From Amoebophrya sp. A120 (Eukaryota > Protista > Dinoflagellata), in assembly GCA_905178155.1 (NCBI GenBank), contig CAJINV010000015.1, positions 1,850,920-1,914,919 on the forward strand: 64,000 nucleotides of DNA, read 5' to 3'. The number at the start of each line of letters is the position of its first letter. The stretch's first letter is position 1. This document shows, one piece after another, positions 48,494 to 59,342 of this stretch. Position numbers and translations under genes: made by a program. The notes under the pieces are model-generated. The model did not search any database, was not told the origin of the DNA, and saw nothing but the letters and a program-made list of their open reading frames with translations.

Positions 48494-51400
48494 ATGAAGA
48501 TCATGAAGATGCTGTCAGACGTCCATCGGTTGTGCTTGCTGGTCTTTACGACCTCTACACTGTTTACCCCTAAAATCTTTCCATCGCTGCTCCTACCTTG
48601 TTCCGCGCACAAGCTCACCACGAAGAAAGCAGTCGCCGCGTCCCACTATGGCACCAGCATCGCTCGATCACGCTCTATTTCAGGCGGTTCATCCCCCGGG
48701 TCGTCGATTCAATTGCCACGTGCAGCGGTGACACCGAGTCTGAGCAAATCCGCTGTGATCTCACCGTCAGCGCCAACTGCTCCATCTCCGTGCCAATTAC
48801 TCGCGAAATCCTGTCAGAAATGTGTGATGAAGAAGTGCACAGACAACGCGGCGTGCTGCATCGGCTCTCTCACCACCATGATTGCGAAGACGGCGGGGCT
48901 GAAGGCTTTGGATCTGTACACCTACGATGGGGGCAGGGGAGAGTTTTATAGCAGTGCCGGAGCCACCTCTACTGCTTCCGGGCTTTTCGGTGGTGGAGGA
49001 TCCTCTTCTACGCCCTTTCTCGTCACTCAACGGAAGCAAACGGTTCTGCAAACCATCGAGGAGAAATCCCGTTTGCTTGAGACGGAGCTGTGTCGGTACG
49101 AAAACGCGTTTCGCAATCTGTTCAATTCGAAGAAGGTTTATGGGCAGTTTGCCGGACAGAAAGCGGATATGGTGGCGAAGTTATTTGGCTTTGAAGAGGT
49201 GAACTACTCTGCTGTGAAATGGCCGATAGAGAAGAAAACAACTACTTCTGACGCAAGGACCACAGCGAGCATGGAAAATAATCCGAATCACAATCCGTTT
49301 CTGAAATTCATCCCAGACTGGTCATATCCTCTCGAAGAAGAATCCCGCGGGGTTTTCATCGCCCTCCTCCGTGCAATGAGCACCAATAATTACATCATGG
49401 AAGACGTGCTGCCTTCGGAAACTGTGTGGCAGGAACGAGCAATGATAGACGAGGAGGAAGCTGTTTCCTCGCCGAGGGTGAGCCAAGAGGTGTTGGACAA
49501 CAAGGTCAAGGATGCGAGAGCAGAGCAGGAGTTCCTCCGTGGGCAGCGGCTCCAGACGGATCTGGAAGAGATTTTTGCAGATACGAATTTCGTGCCGCTG
49601 TCGAAACGCCGGAGTGCAAGCACGCCGACTTTTGCTCCTACAGCGACGAACAACTCAAATGGTGGGGGTAGTTCTGCAGGAGCTAATGCGTTGTCCGCGC
49701 CAAAAACGACTACAACTGGAGAAATTTCTGACGCAGCAGTACTAGCTGGCGCTGCACCACCGCGCCAACCGTCTCTGCGGAAAAGCACCAGCAGAGTGGC
49801 GATGACCAAATTGCGAGATTTGGATTTGCAAGTGGACGACGGGACGAAGCTGCACCTCTCTTCAACAATTACAAACCAGGAAAACGCAGCCGATGTCTTC
49901 CTCCAACACAAGAAAATCAGCATCGCGCCACTTCCCCTCCCCTCCTCCCCGAGGCCAAGCGAATACGCGGGAGACGAGCCGTTGTTATTTCATATCCAGG
50001 AAAAAACACCCATCCCCATCCAATTTGTCATGCAAAACATGCATAAAATCCAATATTTGTCATGCCAAAAATGGATGGGGATGGGTGTTTTTTCCTGGAT
50101 ATTTCAGTTCCACTTGCCAGCGGCTTTACCGCAGATTCTGTTCGGCTTTGAAGAGGCGGCTTTAGGGATTGTGAAGAGGAGAAGGAAGTACAACAGCAGC
50201 GAGCGAGATAGTACAACATATCAAGCAAAAAAGTGTTAACGTTAACGGTTTTCACAGATGGCAGTTATGCATTACAAATTTTGCCTTCCATGCATGCTAC
50301 GCAACACAAATCTGGCCAACTTTTCTGTTGCGTTACTGCATCACAAATTCCGTTCACGTTAACACTTTTTGTTGTGATACAACAAGCAGTGCTGACACAA
50401 ACTGTCGCGAAGAAGTAGACGATGCATCAACCACTGGCTGCACCCCGTACGCGTGTTCTCCCCACTACGATTTCGAACGCGAAGGGTCTAACGCATTACC
50501 TGTGCAGCCACGCGGCATCGTAAATTCAGGTATGGTATATCATACACGAGAAAACACAGTTTTGCGACTACCCTCCACCACCGCGCAACTACAACACCAA
50601 CCACCGGAAATCGTGAAACGCCCCAGAAGAAGTTTCTGGTCCAGGTGTTGTGGGAAACGAGGCCTTACTAAGAACGCAGGAGGGGCCAGGATGATGGCAC
50701 CGTACCAGCAAGATCATTACGACGGGGGCCTATCGGATATTGAGAGCGGTTTGCTCGAAAAAGAAAAAGAAGAAGACAAAGTTCTTGATAACGAGTATGC
50801 AGCAGCCAGCATGCAGAACTGCGACACCATGAGCACGGTGAGCACCAGGACTCCTTCCAGTAGCGCCGACAGCAGTTACAACTGTGGCCAATCAGCTGCT
50901 CGCTCCATGGCCATGCCTGCGAATCAGGAGGTGTATGATCAGGCGAAGATGTTGACTTCAGCTTCACAGTACAACGCAGGCAGAGGACGAACGCGCACAG
51001 CAAAACCTGCCTCCTCGTCTTCTCGCCTCGCAGCCCTTTCAAAATCCACCGAGTGCTGGCGTAAGCTGTTTTTCCTGAACCAGTGCGCCGGGCGAGGCTC
51101 ATCAGGTAGTTCCAAAAAGAGGAGAAACAATCAACAGCCGCTTGGGAACTTTCTCCCATCTTCCGACCGAGGGCAGCCCATGTACCCTAGAGGGCACCAA
51201 ACTTCCTGCTCGTCCCCAGATGAGGACGATTTTGATTTCGCGTGCTACGAGGACCAGTACTACTGCAACAATTTTTCTTCGGAGGATGATGAAGATCATA
51301 GCGATCATTGTTCCAACGAGGATGGAACAGATACCGAAGGGGGCTGCTCCTACAATCAGATTTCGGAAGAAAACCTGATCGCCTACCGCACGACCCAGGA

Positions 51401-51959
51401 GCTCCTCCTCATTTCCCTGCTACAAGCGTTAAAGCCGCTGACGAAACGGTTTGGGTTTATGCTGCGTGCGGTGGAGATATGAGAGTGCATAACCCCCGCT
51501 CCCCCTCATTTCCATCTGTATGGCATGAACAGCAACAAAAACACCGCCACACGTGGAGCCTGTGCATGACAAATTTATGTGCCTGACGTAGTACTGTTTA
51601 GACTTCCGGAATTTGTCATGCAAGCAGTGCCACAGGACAGCAACTGGATTTGGGGTTTTGCATGACAAATGAGGGGGAGTGGGAGTTGTGCACTGTGATA
51701 GGAGAAATGGGTAGAGTTTGAGGACACGGAGATTTTTGACGAAAAGCAGCTCCACTACGAGCGCATTTTCCACCAGTCAGACGCGATCCGGATGCTGCTA
51801 CAGGAAATCGTCGGGGGGGAGAAGATTCCGAAAAAACCCTTTTCGTCGACCTACGGGCCGGGCGGGGGAGGAGTGATGTTTACGGCTGACGAGCTACGGG
51901 GTGAGAAGAGTAAAACGCCGGTCGGGGGAGGGAGTCTGCGCAAGGCGGTGGCGCTTTGA
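48494..51959 (+). CDS. Hypothetical protein with possible N-terminal leader, 4 exons
   Basis: Exons 48494-49992, 50107-50218, 50385-51477, 51706-51959 join in frame (RDSTT|SSADT; RAVE|KWVEFEDTEIF). Confidence 0.8.
49993..50101. mobile_element. Introner family E (109 bp), inverted interior, stop-free in host frame
   Basis: Family E TIRs; TSD tttca/tttca. Confidence 0.95.
50219..50379. mobile_element. Introner family H (161 bp)
   Basis: tatcaagcaaaaaagtgttaacgt / acgttaacactttttgttgtgata; TSD caaca/caaca. Confidence 0.93.
51478..51700. mobile_element. Introner family G (223 bp)
   Basis: Family G TIRs; TSD ggaga/ggaga. Confidence 0.95.
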
Positions 51960-53966
51960 ATGGAAGATACTAGTAGTCAGGAGGGGAGCTGCTCAAGGTC
52001 AGAGCGATGTGGGTAGAAATGGCTCCTGGAGTAGATGCCGATCATGATGACCAGCTGCTCCTACAACTTCTTTGCGTTTATGTATTTTTGGAATTTAGAT
52101 CATGAAGAAATAGACCTCATGAAAGTTTTCAGTCGTCACTTCTAGCCTTCAGCAATTTGTTGATACCTCTTCACTCCTAGCGTGATGCTGGATTCGCAAC
52201 AACGGGTTTTACGAGCCAAGAACTCTGTATGATCTAGTACACATTTATTCTATTGAAGCTTCAACTTGGGTTATACAAGAATACAGTCGCAGTTGGATGT
52301 TTTAGGATAACGCTTCCCGTCACGCCGATTGAGATTGTGAAGAGGAGTGCCATCGAAGTAGGTTGAGGCATGTTGATCTGTGCCGTATTTTTCATTTTCA
52401 GTTTTAATTTCTAGAAGTACAAATCTCTTTCCTGCCAAACTCACAAGCAACCACGACAAGAATGATGCTTCTTTCAGCAGATAGAGGAGCTTCACAAACA
52501 AACGAAAGATCTTCCGTGGTCCTATTCTACGCGTCTGCCTGAAACACCAAGATAACTTTTGCCAGGAACAATATTTTTGTCCGTATAAACTGCAAATGCC
52601 AGCAAGGAGGTGGTCGTTATGGTTTTATAAGCGATATCAAGAGCCCTTCGAAGAGTAGGACGCCTCATGAGGAGAAGTGGCGCCGGGTTCTTCTGCACAA
52701 GCGAATAAAACGGCACGAGCGCCGGAGAAGTATTGATTTGAAGCTATCAATTGGATCGCGTAGCGAAGAAAGAGAAACACGAAAAAGGAGTGAATCTGAG
52801 AGAAGCCTGCTGCGCTCTGTTGGCAGCGCGTTTCGAGTAGGAGTGCCGAGCGCGTCCGTCATGGATGCTCCACGTTGTGGGCCCGTGCGTCTTTCACGAC
52901 CCCAGCACGAAAAGCGGCCCAATTGTAGACTGAGAGCGCACTTTGCACTTTGTTCCCGTGCCTGCTGCGCGGGCCCCCGCTCTGGCCTGGCGCGCTATCT
53001 TGCGTCCAAGTTCGCGCGCACGGCGTTCAAGAGGCTGAAAAGCGCCGCGAGTGAGGAGGACGCAGGGTTGTTCGGCAGAGGTATGGCTCTCCAGTTTCCG
53101 AACAAGTTCGACGGCCCTTGCTCGACCGAGCTGGATGATTTGGATTTCTGTGCCGAGATGGCTCCGCTCAATCATCCTCGAAGACGGCGGCGGCTCCGCT
53201 CATACTCGAAGACAGCGAGCGGCCCGGCCCCCCCCGGCCGGCCTAGCTGGGCCCCCCCCGGGCCTGCGTTCGTTGCGCCTCGTGCTTCGTATCCCCCGCC
53301 GTGACGCCCGTCTTTCCCCCTGTGCAGCAACCCGGCCCAGTTGGCAGGGAAGCACTTAAACTTATCGGGAAAGCCCGAGCACGCCGCGGCAGCCGGGGGC
53401 GGCGCCGGTTGCTTGGGCTACTGTCTGGCTAAGCCGCCGGGCCCGGGGCTCGTCTGCTGCTGGATATTCCTGGCGCGCCCCATAATGCGTTGGGGGAATT
53501 CGGTGCCAGTGCATGTGCCGCCACTGTGGGACCGCGCGTCGCACGGGTGGCCGGCGCCGTCCGCAGTGAGGAGGGCGGGCTGTCAATGCATTATATATGA
53601 TTAAGTATTCAAGCGCGTGCACCGTTGCCCTCGTCCTCAGTCAGAGCTAGATTGGTGCTTTGCACGAGCTGCCCCACGGACGAACGTTGGCACGCCCGGC
53701 CTGATGTGTTGTGTCTGCCTGTGTATTTGAGTGGATAAGGCGCAGAGTGGAGAGAGGGGGCGGGGCGCGATAGCATTTTAGTTCGAGGAGAAAACGGAGG
53801 CGCTACTAAGCATGTTGTGTATAGTGGTCCTATACTTTTGCTAGATTGTATCTTCAACTTCACTCATTTCCATTTGCTGTAAGCCTTTGTCTCCAAGGAC
53901 CGCCGCACAGTATCCTTTTCTCTTTACTTAAATAATACATTTTCCACCCGGAAGGGACGTTGAACC

Positions 53967-56900
53967 ATGTCGCGCCGCCTGAAAATTGAAAACGCGATCA
54001 AAGGCCTGATCGCCGACAAAGAGGCCGCGCTGCTCAAAGCCGAGGAAGAGTTTCAAAAGGAACGGGAGCTGCGGAGCCAGGAGAAGCGGAATGTGAAGAG
54101 ACTCGCCGCTTCGGCACATTTAGGAGCGCGGGATGGCGAGACGGAGAAAACGCCGAGGCGTGTGGTGACGGGAGGACTAGATTTCGGGTATAGCTAGTTT
54201 TTCATGCAAAATGAAGAGCATGTGCATTGCATGTCTGGATTTTCTGTTACGGCATTAGCTGTACGAAATACAGCGCACGAATAATCTTTACATTTACGAA
54301 TGATCCTGTACTCCATCATCAAACTCTACTCAAATAAGAGACCTTCGGCCACCCTGACGGCCCCAGTTCCGTACGCCTGCGCAGTCTGTTTCGCGACAAC
54401 GTCGGGAGGGGGCAGTGGTAGTGCCAGCAGTAGCTTCTCGTCCTCGTCCACCGCGAACTACACAAATTTTGCGGCGCATCAACATGGTGGAGTTGGAAAT
54501 GAAACCCGCATCTCAAATTCAGCTGGAAGTAGTTCAACTCTCACGACAACTACCACACCCTCTCGGCCGCTTCGCGTCTGTCCCGCGCGGCTGCACCGCT
54601 ACTGCGACAAACACTGGAAGACGTCAAGATGCGACTGTGAGCCCAGCAGTGGGAATTCGAATTGTAGTGCTAGTACTACGGCGGAGACAACTATCGACAA
54701 GCAATTCTGTCGCGAAATCCCACCCGCGACGGTCACGGATACGGAAAAGCTGCACTTGAAACTGAAACGACCCCACGACTCAGTGACGACCACAAACTCC
54801 TTCCCCTATTGCGCGGTGTGTTGCAAAGCACCGGTAGCAGCGGGGAACTTCTTCTGCCAGAACTGCTTCACCGTCGGGTACTGTTCGGAGGGGCACATGA
54901 GACAGCACGTTAACCACTTGCACGTGTTCGGGCTGGAATGTTTGGAGGAACAGTTTGGCAGGTTCGAGGAGCTTGTCGGGGACAGTTCCGATCATATGAA
55001 CAGTAGCGGAAACTACAGCACGAACATCAACACAAAAGGAAACATGTTCAAGAGATTCCCGATGCTGAGGTTTCCGACCTGTGAGGAACTGCAGGGAACG
55101 TTTGCGGCGAAGAAGATGTACTATGAGTTGAGCCGGGACGATCGAGCTAGTCGAGGAAGAAGAACTACAAGGGCGGCAGCAACGGCGGAGGGCCAAGACG
55201 CCGATGGCAACCACGGTGGAACCAAAAACCCCGGTCAACTTCTGTGGGAAGCCCTGCTGCACCGGGTGAAAATCGAAGCGGAGGCAGCGGTAGAGCAGGA
55301 TGATGAAGGGGCGGACGCTGGTCGTGCGCCGGGTCTAGCGGCGCACCACGAGGAACGAGATCCTGTTCCACATGATCAAGAAAAAAAAGGCGCTGACCAC
55401 GGCGCTGCAGTGGGAGCTGGCAATAAGAAGAGATTAACCAAAACCCACAGCCGTATGGACGAGGAAAAAGAAAACCAGCTCGCCATCCTTCACTCCGGCC
55501 CTGGCCGCAGTAGGAAACGGAAGAAAAAGCGACAGAGGACAATCCTGGACGAATTGCCGAGGTTTGAAATTCCGAAGACAACACTCACGTCAGGACATCT
55601 ACTTCCAGTACACGACAGTAGCGCTTCTACGAAGACGCTTCGTCAACAGCAAACTTCTGAAGAAAAGCAACTCTCCTCTTCCACCTCCTGGACCACGTTT
55701 CTCCTGAACTATCAAACAAAAAACTGTTAACGGTAACGGCTTTCCTGGATTGCGGATATGCATGACAAATTTGCCTAGCATGCATGCTATGCATGACAGA
55801 TCTGGGCACGTTTTGCGATGCGTTACTGCATTACAAATTCCGTATATTATACGGAATTTGTAATGCGATAACGTTATACTATAACGTTATAACTTTTTCC
55901 TGTGATATGAACACCGGCTGGATCACGCTCGGGCTGAGGAAGGGCGAGTGGGGAACTCTGATGCACGCTTTGTCCGAGGTGTTTCTCTTTCTGCAGTTGC
56001 GGGAGGTGTTGTTTGATAGGGGGTCGGGGTCCTCCTCCAAGCGGAGCAGAAATAAACTACCTGGTGGAATAAATAGTGCGAATCCAGCAGCAGAAGACTC
56101 AGACAGCGAATTTGATTACGACGAGGCCATGCTGTCGGAAAGGCAAGTGTTTGTTGAAGAAGATGAACGCTTTTCTCCTGAAAGTAAAGGCGGAGCGACG
56201 CAGACGAGTAGAAGAGGTGGCACGACCACAGCGCAAGAAGGTAAGGCAAGCATCAGCAAAAGCAAAGCGGCAATTATACAGCCTCGACGCCAAGAGCGAG
56301 ACACTCCCGAACCCGTTGTCGTGAAGAAGTCTCAAGTCGAAGTCACCGACGGAAAAACACTGAAGGACTTGCTGGACAAGGCCAACAAAATTCCGACGAC
56401 CGACGGTTTCTTCGCCGAGAAGAAGAAACCAATCGGGTTGCTGTCGTTTGTTGGTGATAAAGCGAACGCCGGCAGCACTGCCGGTCGTTTTGACGATGAT
56501 GTCGGGCCCTCCTCAACATTGTCATCTGTTCTTGCAGAGAACAATGCCAGCCCCGCCGGAGAACTACAAGCCGACGTCTCACCATCGTCCCGGGTCAAAG
56601 ACACGTTTGAAATTCTGGACGCCTACCCAGTTGCTCCGGGTCCAACCGCATTAGCCCCGGGCGCGGCGAACGGAAATTATAAGCCGACATTACCGCCGCC
56701 AACTCCCTTCAACGTCGTCTTTCTCCACGCAGAGTTGGAAAACACCGACATGCTGCAGTTTTTGCGCGAAAAATGGACCTTGTTTCTGTCGATGCTGTGC
56801 TTCGGAAACGATGGCGATAGCGAAGATGCTGCAGGATCTACTTCGCATGTTGGAAAAAATCTGAAGCTCGAGCTTACCTTCTATGGCGTTCTCACCTGTT

Positions 56901-58449
56901 ACATTCTCAACTGTTGCACGGATTTCCCATGCAAAACTGCCATCAGCCTCCACTTGATCAAGGTGCTTAGCATGACAAATTTTCGAAGGGCTAAGCAGCA
57001 TGACAATCTGTGGCAAATCTGTGATGCGAAAGCTGCAATATTGCCACTTTTACTGTTGCTGTTCTTGCATTACAAATCCATGTAACAGTTGAGAATGTAA
57101 CGTTTGAGAACGCCATACCTTCTGCGTCCCGGAAAACCTCCACTTCGATTGCAGCTCGGAAATGTTTTCGAAGGACAGCCTGCAGATTTACCGGGGGAGT
57201 ACGACCATAGCAGCTAGCACAGGTAAACAAGCAGAGGCACCAGACGATCTTCATGCTCCAGCACCACTTGCAAATGAAGATGTGCGCGACGTCGTGCAGG
57301 GATTGATCGTGAATCAGCAGGCATTGGCGCAGCAGCAGCTTCAACCACCGATCACACCGGCGCAACTACAGGAAGTAGAGGACCAAAAAATACTTTTACC
57401 GGAAACCGCTCGCGACCCTGGACCGGGAACGTTGTTGGAAGAGAAAATCACTCATGCTCTTCCGCACCACTGCACCTCCTCCCTTCGCTATCGGCTCTTT
57501 CCGCAAACAGTGAAGTTTGAACACGAGTTTTTCAACTCCCGGACGGATTTGTTCGTCTTCGTCGGCGGGGGGTTTTTCCAGCACAAAGACCAAATGGCCA
57601 ACGTTGATAATGTTAATGCCTCTTCAACAGCCGCACCAGCATCTTCGGATGGTGCAACCACGACAGCAGGAGGAGGAGAAGCCACGGGAGGACGCACAAA
57701 TAATGCAAGAGAAGTAGACCACGGACTAGTACAACCACAACCACAAGATACAACTACAGACGACCCCTTACTCGAACTGGATCTTCGCCACTTTTTCGAT
57801 ACCGTTTTGAGAAAATCCTCGAAGAAGCGGAAAAAATCCGACCAGCAACAGTTCGTGAATTCTTGGAAGAAGTTCGGAATCACATCGAAGCCCGGGACCA
57901 AATTGCTCCTCGTGAACCGAAAGAGGAAGCTGGTGGAGAGAAATTTGGAGTTCTGCTTGAAAACATTGAACCGAGAACGAGACCAGTTATTAGATGACGA
58001 TGAGGTTTTCGCGACTGCACCGTGGGCGAAGCAGGAAGGTGATACGCTGTTAGGCAACGCGGGGCGGAAAAAAACCGCTTGGGAAATTTTGCTGCCGGTA
58101 ACGGAAAATGCTGGTTTTGCGAGTCCCTTGTATTATGAGAGTGCACGACAATTCCCCCTCCCCCTCATTTGTATGGCATGAACAGCAACACAAGCAGCAG
58201 TAGAAAAGGGGCGTTTGCATGACAAATCTGCATGCGACTTGTAGTACTATTTGAGGTTCCGAAATTTGTCATGCTGACAGTGCTTACGAGCAAAGGGGGC
58301 GGGAGTTTGGTATTTTGCATTACAAACGAGGGGGAGGGGGAGTTGTGCAGTCTCATATGTACCTGCATGCGGACTACGAGCGCGAATGGAGGTGGTTTGC
58401 TGTGTTGGTGAGAGGGAAGGAGAAGAGAAACTACAACTACAGATCATGA
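53967..58449 (+). CDS. MYND zinc-finger protein with MSS51/ZMYND15-like C-terminal region, 5 exons
   Basis: CAVC...CQNCFTVGYCSEGHMRQHVNHLH...C; later VVFLHAELE, LKLELTF|CVP, DLFVFVGGGF, SWKK, ENAGFASPL; GT-AG intron 54188-54340 plus 3 introners. Confidence 0.7.
55710..55907. mobile_element. Introner family H (198 bp)
   Basis: tatcaaacaaaaaactgttaacg / cgttataactttttcctgtgata; TSD tgaac/tgaac. Confidence 0.9.
56882..57117. mobile_element. Introner family C (236 bp)
   Basis: Family C TIRs; TSD ccttc/ccttc. Confidence 0.95.
58134..58357. mobile_element. Introner family G (224 bp)
   Basis: Family G TIRs; TSD tgtat/tgtac. Confidence 0.93.
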
Positions 58450-59342
58450 AATAAGCGTAGTCACACTTACAACTGGAGGAAGAGCTTCACGGTAGATCAA
58501 TCGTGGCAGGAGTGCAAGCTGCACTGCTGCCAGTAGCGCTACGTAAAAATGCACTTCGATGCCAACTACGGCGACGAGAGGCCTCCTGCTCGCGTTCCCG
58601 TCCTCGAAGTTCAAATTCCAACCAGAAGATCAGTTCTTGACATCAATCTAGGGTCCCCGGAGGGAAGATCTTCCGTGGTCTATGTAGTTGAGTTCCTTTT
58701 TTTGCATTTGCATTCCATTTCCGGAGCGAAGGAGGGAACAAGATCCATCGATCCACCCAAAACCAAAAGATCCATTAAGACCCTTTCATCTTCATTTGCT
58801 CCACTCAAAACAAGACAAATATTGAAAGATCACCCGTAATCTTCTTGGTCATCGTGATAATGCCCGGATCAAGGTCAAGTGAGTGGTCATGATGACATGA
58901 AATCCACTAAGTACTTTCTTCGGATCGATTGAAATGAAGCTGCGCAGTAGAGTTCGACAGCTGTCGCGCAGGAGCTTCTCCAGATCCACCATTTGTTTGA
59001 AGCGTTTTTTCAAGATAATCGCTGAGGCCATCTCAACCTCTCCAGCTCGACAGGCGACGTTGTCACGCGCGAAAACAAAACAATTTGTAAGTGTAAGATT
59101 GATTAGATGTACTAGAACTACAATAAAGTTTTCGTTTTGCAATTTGTACTATTTTTTAAATGAAAACGAATAGGAGGTTTAGAAATCGTTCCATATTTAC
59201 GCAATGCCTGCCATGCGCACCATGTCCTAGTAACATCGTTATAAGCACCAGATAATTCCCCCGATAGCAAGGAAGACAGGCGCAGTCCTGGTGCAGCGAA
59301 AGCAATAGTAATAAATAAGCTGGTGGATCTGTTTTTTGAAAA

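Noticed and set aside
52271-52716. Minus-strand AVYTDKNIVPGKSYLGVS resembling a GIY-YIG endonuclease
   Set aside because: Stop shortly after, no further motifs; too weak without a profile search
52738-53604. GC-rich ORFs (188, 102 and 87 aa)
   Set aside because: Non-ATG starts, no recognisable domain; more likely GC-rich intergenic or repeat DNA
52507-58680. Shared 16-mer aagatcttccgtggtc near 52507 and 58665
   Set aside because: One 16-bp match in 64 kb is close to chance expectation and the flanks do not align
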